Assembly (NCBI GenBank): GCA_965229635.1
Contig: OZ245894.1
Span: 2,090,672 to 2,154,671, forward strand
From: Saprospiraceae bacterium
Lineage (GTDB): Bacteria; Bacteroidota; Bacteroidia; Chitinophagales; Saprospiraceae
Reading direction: 5' to 3'
Length of the DNA: 64,000 bases
The first letter of the stretch is position 1, and the number at the start of each line of letters is the position of its first letter. Below, piece by piece: positions 10,440-20,081 of this stretch. Position numbers and translations under genes: made by a program. The notes beneath the pieces were generated by a model that was not told the DNA's origin, searched no databases, and saw nothing but the letters and a program-made list of their open reading frames with translations.

Positions 10440-13127
10440 CTAAAATTTTAACTGATAACTTACTGATGGGATGATGGTGAAAATGGTAACCGCTTCGATG
10501 GAGCGATTTCCCTGAGTGTCGACATACTCGGTGTAGAGTGTTGGGTTTAACCGATTATAAACATTAAAGAAACCCACTGACCATTTTCGCTCGTAGGTTT
10601 TTCGTTTTTTCAGAAAGGTGAAATTAATATCGAGGCGATGATAATTGGGCATTTGGGCATTGTTGACCGTAGAGTAATCCCGGTATACATCATATGACCA
10701 TGATCCGTTGTCATTATAGGCCACTGGAATACGCTGGTCAGAAATGGTAATGTGGTTACCTGTAGAAAAATGCCAGGCCATATTGAATTTGGTCTTTGGG
10801 CCGAGCGCAATATTGGCCATAGCCGCCAATTGATGCCTTCGGTTGTTGCGGTGTGGAAAGTAGGTGTTGTTATTGAAGCCCGGAAATTGTCTTTCTGCCC
10901 AGGAAAGATGGTAGGATAGTAGTCCTGTTAATATCCCGGCATTTTTACGCAACAAGAATTCCAGTCCATAACTGCGGCCTTTACCCTGTACCAGGTTTTC
11001 TTCCCAGTTGTTTTCCCGAAAGGTGGAAGAATAAGGTGAAAATGTCACCAGATTTTCCAGGTGGTTATAATAGGCTTCCAGGCTGACCTGATACTTCTTG
11101 ACACCCCATTTCTTTTCCCAACCCAGGCCAAATTGCCACGATGATTCCGGTCCGATCTTTGCATTGGCCGGTACCCAAATATCGGTTGGCAGGTTAAAAT
11201 TGTTATTGGTCAACAGATGTGCGTACTGTTGCACATTAATGATCGAGCCAAAAATCCTTTGCGAGCCAGGTAATTCATAATTGGTACGCAGCCGTGGCTG
11301 AAAAGAAAAAAACCAATCCTTCCCATAATTGAATCCGGCCAGGTGGGCACCTGCAAATAGTTGCCATCGTCGATTGATATCCCAGGTGGCTTCGCCGTAA
11401 AAGCCCTTTTCAAAGGCGTGCAGGCTCAATGGATCAAACTTGAGGTCGACCCCTCCGGGAATGGCATTGCCCACCCGATCATCGGCCAATATCAGCAAGC
11501 CATTGCCACTGGATTGAGGCTGGTAGTGGTGCCAGATCAGGCGACCGCCGTAACGCAATCGCACATTTTGCTTCCAGTTCCAGTCGAAGTCCCAGCGCAG
11601 GCTGAGGTCATTTATTCCGGAATAGTAAACTGCTTTTGAAAAACGATCAATGTAGGTGGTATCGAAGCCCTCAAATCCTTTCTGCACAATTTCCACAAAT
11701 AAATCAAAACGGTAAGTGCTGTAAGATAAACTCGCATTGGAAAAAAGCCGGTCATTCCACACGTGATTCCAGTTGAGCGCCCCCAATTTATTGCTCCAGC
11801 CCACCCGAATGTCGTTTATGTCCTTACTTTCCACAACCCTGATGCTATCCTGGGAAATGACTAACGTATCAAAAGGGTGGTCGGCAAAGTCTTCGTAATA
11901 CTTAAACCGATCTTCGCCCAGGTACAGGCTAAAACTCCAGTCGTCCCGCTCGGATATCTTGTGTTTGTATTTAAAATTCAGATCGCCAAAGTGATAGCCG
12001 ATGTCCAGCCTGGTATCAGCAGCGTTAATGATAGGTTTGGCCAGCCAGTCCCAGATCGAACGCCTCCCGGAGAGCAGGAAGGACGACTTTCCTTTTTTTA
12101 CCGGTCCTTCAATCATTACCTTGGCGGCAATCAGCCCGATAGAGCCTTCGGCTTTAAATTCGTTAAAATTACCTTCTTTACCGTTCACGGTAATCACTGA
12201 TGAGAGCCGCCCACCGTACTGTGCCGGAAGGGCTCCCTTGATCAATTCCACATCCTTGACCGCCGAACTGTTGAAAACGGAGTACACCCCGAGCAGGTGG
12301 TTGGGGTTGTACACCTGAGCACCGTCCAGCAAAAAAAGATTGTGACCATTATCTCCACCCCGTACATTGACACTGCCCAGAGAAGCGGAACCGGCTTGTA
12401 CACCGGGAAGGAGGTCCAGCGCCTGTAAGGCATCGCCTTCTCCGAGGATGGCGGGCATCTCTTCGATCAATGCTCCGCTAATGCGTGGTTGCTGGTTACT
12501 ACCTTCCAGTGGTGGCAGAGAGGGGGGCGCAGCATTGGCCTTCACCTCAATGGTGGAAAGAGTAGTGGAGGGCTGTAGAGGGATCAATAATTGCTGATTT
12601 TCAAACAATCCGATCGATTGCTCCAGAGGCGAATACCCCACGTAGGAAAAGATCAAATCAACTGAATCAGCGGGAAGCGAAAGGCTGAAAAATCCGTTTT
12701 CGTTGGTGGTTGTGCCCCGGCCGGTATTGGGTTGGTAAATATTTACTCCCGTTAGCCGTTCGCCGCTTTGGGCATCCTCCACCACTCCACTAATCGTATA
12801 GCGCAGCGGTGGTGGCACCTCTCCCGGGGTAGGACGAATCGCAATATAGGCTCCGGCTTCGGCATAGCTCAATTCTGTATCTCTCAGCAATATATTGAGA
12901 ATGGTATTTACCGGTACAGCCTTGAACTGGTAGGTAAATTGCCGATCCTTGGGGAGCCAGTCGCTACTATAGCTCAACTGGATGTTAGGGTCCTGCCCCA
13001 ATAGTCCCAAGCATTCTTCCAGGGTAAGATTTTGGAAATGAATATCAATTGCTTTCTCCAGGGCCTTGGTTTGAGAGAAAGCAAATCCGGTAAGAAAGAG
13101 CAGTGCGCAGCTAAGAATACCTTTCAT
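10440..13127 (-). CDS. TonB-dependent receptor with N-terminal STN signalling domain (FecA-like transducer)
   Basis: STN-like N-terminus after signal peptide, CarboxypepD_reg and plug regions, terminal ...SYQLKF; follows ECF sigma/FecR genes. Confidence 0.85.
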   Translation of the reverse strand: MKGILSCALLFLTGFAFSQTKALEKAIDIHFQNLTLEECLGLLGQDPNIQLSYSSDWLPKDRQFTYQFKAVPVNTILNILLRDTELSYAEAGAYIAIRPTPGEVPPPLRYTISGVVEDAQSGERLTGVNIYQPNTGRGTTTNENGFFSLSLPADSVDLIFSYVGYSPLEQSIGLFENQQLLIPLQPSTTLSTIEVKANAAPPSLPPLEGSNQQPRISGALIEEMPAILGEGDALQALDLLPGVQAGSASLGSVNVRGGDNGHNLFLLDGAQVYNPNHLLGVYSVFNSSAVKDVELIKGALPAQYGGRLSSVITVNGKEGNFNEFKAEGSIGLIAAKVMIEGPVKKGKSSFLLSGRRSIWDWLAKPIINAADTRLDIGYHFGDLNFKYKHKISERDDWSFSLYLGEDRFKYYEDFADHPFDTLVISQDSIRVVESKDINDIRVGWSNKLGALNWNHVWNDRLFSNASLSYSTYRFDLFVEIVQKGFEGFDTTYIDRFSKAVYYSGINDLSLRWDFDWNWKQNVRLRYGGRLIWHHYQPQSSGNGLLILADDRVGNAIPGGVDLKFDPLSLHAFEKGFYGEATWDINRRWQLFAGAHLAGFNYGKDWFFSFQPRLRTNYELPGSQRIFGSIINVQQYAHLLTNNNFNLPTDIWVPANAKIGPESSWQFGLGWEKKWGVKKYQVSLEAYYNHLENLVTFSPYSSTFRENNWEENLVQGKGRSYGLEFLLRKNAGILTGLLSYHLSWAERQFPGFNNNTYFPHRNNRRHQLAAMANIALGPKTKFNMAWHFSTGNHITISDQRIPVAYNDNGSWSYDVYRDYSTVNNAQMPNYHRLDINFTFLKKRKTYERKWSVGFFNVYNRLNPTLYTEYVDTQGNRSIEAVTIFTIIPSVSYQLKF

Positions 13128-13150
13128 GCCGCAAAGATAAACATTCGTCT

Positions 13151-14143
13151 TTATCGATGAATTCTTATCTGCTTACCGTTTTTTGTATACTCAAGGTCAA
13201 AGGTGAAGGTAATGACATCCAGAATTTCCTCCAGGGAATTGGGCTTGAATGAACTGGTATAAGCCTGAGTGTTAATGTTTGATTCATTCACGATGGTCAC
13301 GTCGTACCGGCGCTCCAGGCGTTGTAATACTGTTTCGAGTGGAGTATTGTTGAAAATGAGCAGACCGTCTTTCCAGGCATTGGCATTAGCCTGATAGGTC
13401 ACACCCGCAAGGCTTCCTGACTGGCGGTTGATTTCGGCCGCCTGCCCGGCGCTATAGATGCCATTGCTTTGGGTTTTCAGACTGTTGAAAGCTACTTTCC
13501 CCTCAGCTACATCAAGAGCGATGACGGATTCATCGGGATAGGCACTCAGGTTGAATGCCGTACCCAGCACTTCTACCGTGGCCAGTTGGTCCATCTTGAT
13601 CATGAAAGGTCTAATGCTGTCACTTTGTACATCAAAATAGGCTTCTCCACTCAGTTTTACCCGGCGGTTTTGCTCATTAAATCCTTTGTATATAGCCAGT
13701 TGGGAACCGGCATTGAGCGTTACCACCGTACCGTCGGGCAGTTTCACCTCTTCTTGTTGGCCGAAAGGCACCGTCCATTCCTGTGCCAGTTGCTCGGAAG
13801 TGGGGTTGAGGAAAAACCATACGGCCCCCAGGCCTAAGATGACCATTGCCGCAGCTGCGTATCGCCACCAGGCAATAGTGCTTCTTTTGGCGGCTACTTT
13901 CAGCGAACGCTCTGGCGTTGCTTCCTCAATGTTGCCCATCAGCTTCGACCACTCCGATTCGGTTTCCGGGGCCAGATCAAAATCGATATCGATTGCAGCC
14001 AGCCACAATTCCTCTACCTGCGCGTAATGGCGCCGGTTGCGCTCATCCGCCTGCAGCCACCCTTGCAAATACCGGTTTTCTTCCTCCGATATCTGCCCGG
14101 TGAGGTGCTTTTGAATGATACTATCGATGTGGTCCTGTTGCAT
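13151..14143 (-). CDS. FecR-family anti-sigma factor (single TM, periplasmic FecR/DUF4974 domains)
   Basis: position between ECF sigma and STN-receptor, central TM segment, FecR-like C-terminus. Confidence 0.8.
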   Translation of the reverse strand: MQQDHIDSIIQKHLTGQISEEENRYLQGWLQADERNRRHYAQVEELWLAAIDIDFDLAPETESEWSKLMGNIEEATPERSLKVAAKRSTIAWWRYAAAAMVILGLGAVWFFLNPTSEQLAQEWTVPFGQQEEVKLPDGTVVTLNAGSQLAIYKGFNEQNRRVKLSGEAYFDVQSDSIRPFMIKMDQLATVEVLGTAFNLSAYPDESVIALDVAEGKVAFNSLKTQSNGIYSAGQAAEINRQSGSLAGVTYQANANAWKDGLLIFNNTPLETVLQRLERRYDVTIVNESNINTQAYTSSFKPNSLEEILDVITFTFDLEYTKNGKQIRIHR

Positions 14144-14186
14144 GAATTTATATTGCGTCCGTTGGTAGATACCCCATTGGCGACAG

Positions 14187-14777
14187 CTACCCCCAAAGGA
14201 TTTTAAAAAAAGTTAAAAAAATCATAAAAAAAGTCAAAAAAGCGATTTTTCCCGTGCTCGAATCGGGTGTTTCCGGCCCATAAACCCTGGCCCGCAGCCG
14301 CTTCAGGGCGATGGTCATTTGATTTTCCACCGTTTTGACGGAAACCTCTAATCGTTCGGCAATTTCGCGGTTGGTCAGGTCTTCCTCCCGGCTCAGCAGG
14401 AAAATCTTTCGGCAGCGGTCCGGCAATGCATTGATTTCATCATAGATCAGTGCTTTCAGCTCTTCGGTTTGCAGCTTGCCCTCAATTTGCTGATCTTCAT
14501 AAGCCTCCGGAGTGGATTCATTCATTTCTACCGTTTCCAGCCGGCGCTTCCGCAGGTGATTGTAGCATTTATTGCGGGTAGCCGTAAACAAATATGCCTT
14601 CAACGATTCGTCCAGTTGCAGATTGTCCCGATTATTCCACACCGCCATGAATACATCCTGCACCACCTCGCGCGCATCCTCTGCCGAGTGTACAAACTGC
14701 CTGGCATAGCCCACCAGCACCGGTTGGAAGCGGTGAAAAATTTTTTCCAGTCCCTTTATTTGAGTGGAATGCGACAA
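14187..14777 (-). CDS. ECF-type RNA polymerase sigma-70 factor
   Basis: sigma-70 region 2 (VQDVFMAVWNNRDN...YLFTATRNKCYNHLRK) and region 4 (LSREEDLTNREIAERLEVSVKTVENQMTIALKRLR). Confidence 0.85.
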   Translation of the reverse strand: MSHSTQIKGLEKIFHRFQPVLVGYARQFVHSAEDAREVVQDVFMAVWNNRDNLQLDESLKAYLFTATRNKCYNHLRKRRLETVEMNESTPEAYEDQQIEGKLQTEELKALIYDEINALPDRCRKIFLLSREEDLTNREIAERLEVSVKTVENQMTIALKRLRARVYGPETPDSSTGKIAFLTFFMIFLTFFKILWG

Positions 14778-14841
14778 GTTTTTCTCTGATTTTGGCTGCT
14801 AATATAAGGAAGTATCAGCACAATTGTTTACAACTTGTTTT

Positions 14842-14942
14842 GGGCGTGTCCTCCCGGTCCAACCGGGAGGTCGGTCCCTTCCAGGCTCGCCATTCGGCTC
14901 GTCCCTAACGGGAGCTTCGCCCTTCCAGGCACCTCACGCGGG
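14842..14942 (+). ncRNA. candidate structured cis-regulatory RNA element (copy 1) in metH leader
   Basis: GC-rich segment with conserved cores gggcgug / aggucggucccuuccaggcucgccauucggcucgu / caggcaccucacgcggg shared with a second copy upstream of queA; closing helix gcgug-cacgc; variable hairpin insertions. Confidence 0.4.
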
Positions 14943-15012
14943 CTCCCTCTTGATAAAGACCGTAGCGATTGCGAATCGGTTGCAATCCAAAATCGTTACT
15001 TTTATCATCATG

Positions 15013-15062
15013 ATAAAAATAACGATTATAAATATCATCATTATTTTTATAACGATTTTTCA
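15013..15062 (+). terminator. putative attenuator/terminator hairpin with U-tract in metH leader
   Basis: 14-bp A/U stem auaaaaauaacgau / aucauuauuuuuau followed by aacgauuuuuca; compensatory changes in the queA copy; upstream alternative hairpin can sequester the 5' arm. Confidence 0.45.
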
Positions 15063-15226
15063 TGCCTCATTAAACAAAATTTATCAAACCGCTCCCTCAA
15101 TAGCATATTCCTCTGGAATTACCTAATTTTGCGCCAGCTCGACCAACCGAACCTAAAAAAAGACTGTTTTACATTTTAATTCAGGGGAACCATAACCTTT
15201 GTATACTCAATAAACTGATAGGGATC

Positions 15227-18200
15227 ATGACCAATAATATTTCCGACGCCTTACGTCAACGTATCCTGGTACTCGATGGTGCTATGGGAACAATGCTTCA
15301 ACGCTATAAACTTGACGAAGCAGGCTATCGGGGAGAGCGCTTCAAGGACTTCCACCGCGACATCAAAGGCAACAATGACCTACTGTCTATCACCCAGCCC
15401 AAGATCGTAGAAGATATCCATACCGCTTATCTCGAAGCAGGAGCAGATATTATCGAAACCAACAGCTTTACCGGTACCAGCATTGCTCAGGCCGATTATG
15501 ATATGCAGGATTTGGCCTATGAGATCAACCTGGAAGCTGCCAGAGTGGCGCGTCGGGCAGTCGACAAATTTCTGGAAAAACACCCAGGTGAGCAGCGCTG
15601 GGTGGCGGGATCTATTGGTCCTACTAATCGTACCGCCTCCATGTCGCCCGATGTCAATAATCCAGGCTACCGGGCCGTGACTTTTGATGAATTGAAAGAC
15701 GCATTTGGCGAGCAGACACGTGGCCTGATTGACGGAGGAGTGGATGTATTGCTGCTGGAGACGATCATTGACACACTGAATGTTAAAGCGGCACTCTTTG
15801 CGATTGATGAAATTAAAGAAGAGCGCAACCTGGATATTCCAGTCATCATCTCCGGAACGATTACTGATAGTAGCGGTCGTATTCTTAGTGGACAAACGGT
15901 TGAAGCCTTCTGGATTTCAGTGATGCACGCCCGACCACTTTGTGTAGGGCTCAACTGTGCCTTAGGAGCCAAGGAAATGCGTCCTCATCTGGAGGCCCTT
16001 TCCCGGATCGCTGATTGCTATGTACATGCCTATCCCAATGCCGGGTTGCCCAATGAATTTGGAGAATACGACCAGGAAGCAGAGGAAATGCGGGATTACA
16101 TCCGCGATTTTGCGGAAAGCGGCTTTGTCAACCTCATTGGCGGTTGTTGCGGCACCACACCCGACCATATCCGCGCCATGGCCGAAGCGGTAAAAGGAGT
16201 GACCCCACACCAAATTCCCGAGCAGCCACACTACACCATGCTCAGCGGGTTGGAGCCGTTGATCATTCGTCCCAATACCAATTTCGTGAATGTTGGTGAA
16301 CGGACAAACGTGACCGGGTCCAAGAAGTTTGCTCGTTTGATCAAGGAAGGTAATCTTAGCGAGGCCTTAAGCGTAGCCCAACATCAGGTGGAAGGAGGTG
16401 CCCAGATTATTGACATCAATATGGATGAAGGTCTGTTGGATTCCGAAAAGGCAATGGTGGAATTCCTCAATCTGCTCATGGCCGAGCCGGATATTGCCAA
16501 GTTGCCCATCATGATTGACTCCTCGAAGTGGAGTGTGATTGAAGCCGGACTAAAATGTGTGCAGGGTAAGTCGATCGTAAATTCCATTTCCCTCAAGGAA
16601 GGGGAGGAAAGTTTTATTCACCAGGCCAAACTGGTACGCCGCTATGGTGCGGCTGCAGTGGTCATGGCATTTGATGAAGTAGGACAGGCCGATACCATTG
16701 ACCGAAAGGTCAACATTTGCCAGCGGGCTTATAGAATTCTTACAAAACAGGTGGGATTCCGCCCCGAGGATATCATCTTTGATCCCAACATCTTTGCAGT
16801 AGCTACCGGGATTGAAGAACACAACGAATACGCCATTAACTTCATTGAAGCTACCCGCCAGATCAAGCAAAGCTGTCCAGGTGCAAAAGTCAGCGGCGGG
16901 GTCAGCAATATCTCTTTTTCTTTCCGGGGCAACAATGCCGTTCGGGAGGCTATGCACGCGGCCTTCTTGTATCACGCCATCCAGGCGGGAATGGATATGG
17001 GCATCGTCAATGCGGGCATGATTGAAGTATACGAGGAGATTCCAAAGGACCTGCTCGAAAGGGTAGAAGATGTATTGTTCAACCGACGCACCGATGCCAC
17101 CGAGCGGCTGACTGACTTTGCAGAAAGTCTGAAAGATACTGGAGGCAGAACGATTCAGAAAGATCTCGAATGGCGAAAAGGTACGGTGGAAGAGCGACTG
17201 AGTCATGCGCTGGTGCGTGGAATCACCGATTATGTCGATGAAGATACGGAAGAAGCCCGTCAGAAATACCCCTCGCCCTTGTCTGTCATTGAAGGGCCAC
17301 TAATGGATGGCATGAATATCGTTGGCGACCTCTTTGGCGCCGGAAAGATGTTTTTGCCCCAGGTGGTGAAAAGCGCCCGGGTAATGAAAAAGTCTGTGGC
17401 TATACTTACTCCGTATATCGAGGCCGAAAAGGCAGCTTCCGGCGATGTTAGTTCAAAAGGAAAAATCCTGTTGGCCACCGTGAAGGGTGATGTGCACGAT
17501 ATTGGTAAAAATATCGTCGGGGTCGTATTGGCCTGTAACAATTACGATATCGTCGATTTGGGTGTGATGGTGCCCGCCGAAAAAATCCTGGATGCGGCAC
17601 GCGAACACGAGGTCCAGGTGATTGGGCTTAGCGGGTTGATTACCCCATCACTGGATGAGATGGTTCATGTGGCCAGTGAAATGGAGCGTCAGGGGTTCAA
17701 ATTACCACTATTGATTGGCGGCGCTACGACTTCCAAAACCCATACCGCGGTCAAGGTAGAGCCGCAGTATTCCGGTCCGGTGGTGCACGTGCTTGACGCC
17801 TCACGGGCGGTATCGGTGGTGAGTTCGCTGATCGGTGGCGACGAGGATAGTCGCAGCAATTTCATTCTGGATACCCGAAAGGACTACGAGCGCGTTCGTG
17901 AACAGCGGGCCGGTCGTACCTCCCGTAAGAAATACCTGACCATTGAACAGGCTCGCGAAAATAAGGTGAAACTGGATTGGGATCAATTTACAGCGGTCAA
18001 ACCCAAGACCATGGGTATCCAAACCTTTGTGGATTACTCCGTTGAAGAGCTAACTGACTATATCGACTGGACGCCGTTCTTTACCAGTTGGCAGTTGGCC
18101 GGTAAATTTCCCGATATTTTGAAAGACGAGGTGGTGGGGCACGAGGCGCAAAAGCTTTACAACGACGCCCGCAGCATGTTGCGGCGCATCATTGACGAAA

Positions 18201-18907
18201 ACTGGCTCGAAGCCCGCGCCGTGATCGGTCTTTTTCCGGCCAACAGTATAGGTGATGACATTGAGATTTACGCTGATGAAAGCCGTACGGAAGTACTGCA
18301 AACGCTGCACCATTTGCGGCAGCAAAACCAAAAAGCTCCCGGATTACCCAATTACTGTCTGGCAGATTACATCGCTCCCAAAAGCAGCGGTAAGTCCGAC
18401 TATATTGGGGCCTTTGCCGTAACTGCCGGACACGGGATCGAATACTGGATTCAACATTTTCAACAGCAGCAGGATGATTATCAGGCCATCCTGCTTAAGG
18501 CCCTGGCCGACCGGTTGGCGGAGGCTTTGGCGGAGCGCATGCACCAGAGGGTTCGCAAGGAATTTTGGGCTTATGCCAATGATGAATGCCTGGAGAATGA
18601 TCAACTGATTGCAGAGGCATATAAAGGCATCCGTCCAGCTCCGGGCTATCCGGCTTGTCCCGAGCATACGGAGAAAGGCACGCTTTGGAAGTTGCTGGAT
18701 GTCGAAACACAGACTGGTATGATTTTAACCGACAGCTTTGCAATGTATCCAGCTTCATCCGTCAGTGGATGGTACCTGGCGCATCCGGAATCTCGGTATT
18801 TTGGTTTGGGTAAAATCAAGGAGGATCAGGTCGAGGATTACGCGGAACGCAAAGGCTTTACCATTGAGGAGGCCCGCCGGTGGTTATCGCCCGTCCTGGA
18901 TTCCTAA
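15227..18907 (+). CDS. metH: cobalamin-dependent methionine synthase
   Basis: 1226 aa with homocysteine-binding, pterin-binding, B12-binding ([14 protein letters not shown], DxHxxG) and AdoMet-activation domains. Confidence 0.97.
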   Translation: MTNNISDALRQRILVLDGAMGTMLQRYKLDEAGYRGERFKDFHRDIKGNNDLLSITQPKIVEDIHTAYLEAGADIIETNSFTGTSIAQADYDMQDLAYEINLEAARVARRAVDKFLEKHPGEQRWVAGSIGPTNRTASMSPDVNNPGYRAVTFDELKDAFGEQTRGLIDGGVDVLLLETIIDTLNVKAALFAIDEIKEERNLDIPVIISGTITDSSGRILSGQTVEAFWISVMHARPLCVGLNCALGAKEMRPHLEALSRIADCYVHAYPNAGLPNEFGEYDQEAEEMRDYIRDFAESGFVNLIGGCCGTTPDHIRAMAEAVKGVTPHQIPEQPHYTMLSGLEPLIIRPNTNFVNVGERTNVTGSKKFARLIKEGNLSEALSVAQHQVEGGAQIIDINMDEGLLDSEKAMVEFLNLLMAEPDIAKLPIMIDSSKWSVIEAGLKCVQGKSIVNSISLKEGEESFIHQAKLVRRYGAAAVVMAFDEVGQADTIDRKVNICQRAYRILTKQVGFRPEDIIFDPNIFAVATGIEEHNEYAINFIEATRQIKQSCPGAKVSGGVSNISFSFRGNNAVREAMHAAFLYHAIQAGMDMGIVNAGMIEVYEEIPKDLLERVEDVLFNRRTDATERLTDFAESLKDTGGRTIQKDLEWRKGTVEERLSHALVRGITDYVDEDTEEARQKYPSPLSVIEGPLMDGMNIVGDLFGAGKMFLPQVVKSARVMKKSVAILTPYIEAEKAASGDVSSKGKILLATVKGDVHDIGKNIVGVVLACNNYDIVDLGVMVPAEKILDAAREHEVQVIGLSGLITPSLDEMVHVASEMERQGFKLPLLIGGATTSKTHTAVKVEPQYSGPVVHVLDASRAVSVVSSLIGGDEDSRSNFILDTRKDYERVREQRAGRTSRKKYLTIEQARENKVKLDWDQFTAVKPKTMGIQTFVDYSVEELTDYIDWTPFFTSWQLAGKFPDILKDEVVGHEAQKLYNDARSMLRRIIDENWLEARAVIGLFPANSIGDDIEIYADESRTEVLQTLHHLRQQNQKAPGLPNYCLADYIAPKSSGKSDYIGAFAVTAGHGIEYWIQHFQQQQDDYQAILLKALADRLAEALAERMHQRVRKEFWAYANDECLENDQLIAEAYKGIRPAPGYPACPEHTEKGTLWKLLDVETQTGMILTDSFAMYPASSVSGWYLAHPESRYFGLGKIKEDQVEDYAERKGFTIEEARRWLSPVLDS

Positions 18908-18983
18908 CATTGCGATTTCGGCGAATATTCCCTATCTTTGGATAGGTATACCCGGCACAAAGTGGTTGGGAAAAAATGAATAT

Positions 18984-19931
18984 ATGAGCGACACCAGGCC
19001 CACATCCTCCATCAATTTTTTGTCTCTGTTTTTGGCTGCATTAGGCCTGTTTTGGCTTTTTTCAGTGGTCAAGGCTTGCACCCAACAACCCAGCGAAAAT
19101 ATCACCTATTTTCCTGCCGAAGCAGAAGCAACAATGGCCAATGCCAACCGGGCGGAGGAAGAACAACCTTCTGTTCCACCTCCGGCAATACCTGAATATA
19201 TCCCTTTGGAAATCACGCCTTGTGCACTGACTGCCGATGATTCCCTGTTCATCCCTCAACTATTAATGCAGTTTTTTCGGTCGGATGTCCTGACGGCCAG
19301 TGGCGGCATGAACTGGTCGCCCAATCCGAAAATTGACAAGGCCTTATACCGAATTCATCAGGATTCCTGGGAAAGCAGAGTGATCTGCCTACAGGACATT
19401 CGTGAGGTGGGTAAGGCCAAGGAGCGATTGGCCATCATTTCCAGCAATTATGAAGGCAACCAATGTGCCGATTGTACGCATTATATCGGCTGGATTCGCT
19501 TCACAATTGAGGAAAATGACCCCGTTACCCTGGTCATTCGTTCATCCGATCGCAATGCCTATCAGTACGAAACCGGGGAGAACCGATCAGAGAATATCGG
19601 CCTCGCTGAGGTAGGACCGTACGAATGGGCCGTGGTCATTACGGGTAAAGCTAAAGAGGAGCGCAGGGCATCTTTACAAACGGAATTACTCGATCTTGAG
19701 GATTTTCATACCCTTTTGACGGTTCCAAAAGTTGAGGTACAAGCGGATAGTGCATCTCAGCTAACTCCGCTTGCATTTGATTATTTTTTCTTTAAACCTT
19801 TGGAGCAGGATTATTATCCATTGTTGCATACCAGTCAGCTGTATTGGCCGGATAAGGATTCCCTTGCAGGTACCACGCCAGTGGTCTATAATTACGATGC
19901 CAAGAAGAAACAATACACCTTGGTGGAATAA
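18984..19931 (+). CDS. hypothetical lipoprotein
   Basis: ORF downstream of metH; start moved to MSDTRP...LFWLFSVVKAC lipobox because the upstream part of the ORF overlaps the metH 3' end. Confidence 0.45.
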   Translation: MSDTRPTSSINFLSLFLAALGLFWLFSVVKACTQQPSENITYFPAEAEATMANANRAEEEQPSVPPPAIPEYIPLEITPCALTADDSLFIPQLLMQFFRSDVLTASGGMNWSPNPKIDKALYRIHQDSWESRVICLQDIREVGKAKERLAIISSNYEGNQCADCTHYIGWIRFTIEENDPVTLVIRSSDRNAYQYETGENRSENIGLAEVGPYEWAVVITGKAKEERRASLQTELLDLEDFHTLLTVPKVEVQADSASQLTPLAFDYFFFKPLEQDYYPLLHTSQLYWPDKDSLAGTTPVVYNYDAKKKQYTLVE

Positions 19932-20081
19932 GGTCAATTCTACGTTAATCGATGAAAAAGGCGCGCTCATCTATCAGTTTACCAAAATGTTACGTTTGGT
20001 AACCATGTCGTTGATTTTTTTTCTAAATTAAGCATACGCTTAGTTGTAATAAACCCGATTCATTCATTATAAATAGAAATT

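Noticed and set aside
14842-14942. SRP/4.5S-like or other housekeeping RNA, because of GGAAGG motifs
   Set aside because: Two inverted copies in mRNA leaders with variable insert hairpins do not fit a single-copy housekeeping RNA. It does not match the domain IV consensus.
14930-14960. SAM-I riboswitch on the minus strand (cuuuaucaagag resembles SAM-I P1 uuaucaagag)
   Set aside because: Only a 9-mer matches. The downstream SAM-I cores (GGAGGGA, GGCCC-AUGA, GCAACC, GGUGC) are absent. The second copy lacks the 9-mer and that strand would lead into the sigma-factor gene, which is inconsistent between copies.
14824-15179. ORFs 14824..15126 and 14835..15179 in the sigma/metH intergenic region
   Set aside because: They have low-complexity translation, overlap the conserved non-coding element, and the second copy has different frames. 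They are spurious.
18738-18983. 5' extension of ORF 18738..19931 overlapping metH
   Set aside because: It overlaps the metH 3' end in another frame. A downstream Met followed by a lipoprotein signal is a better start.
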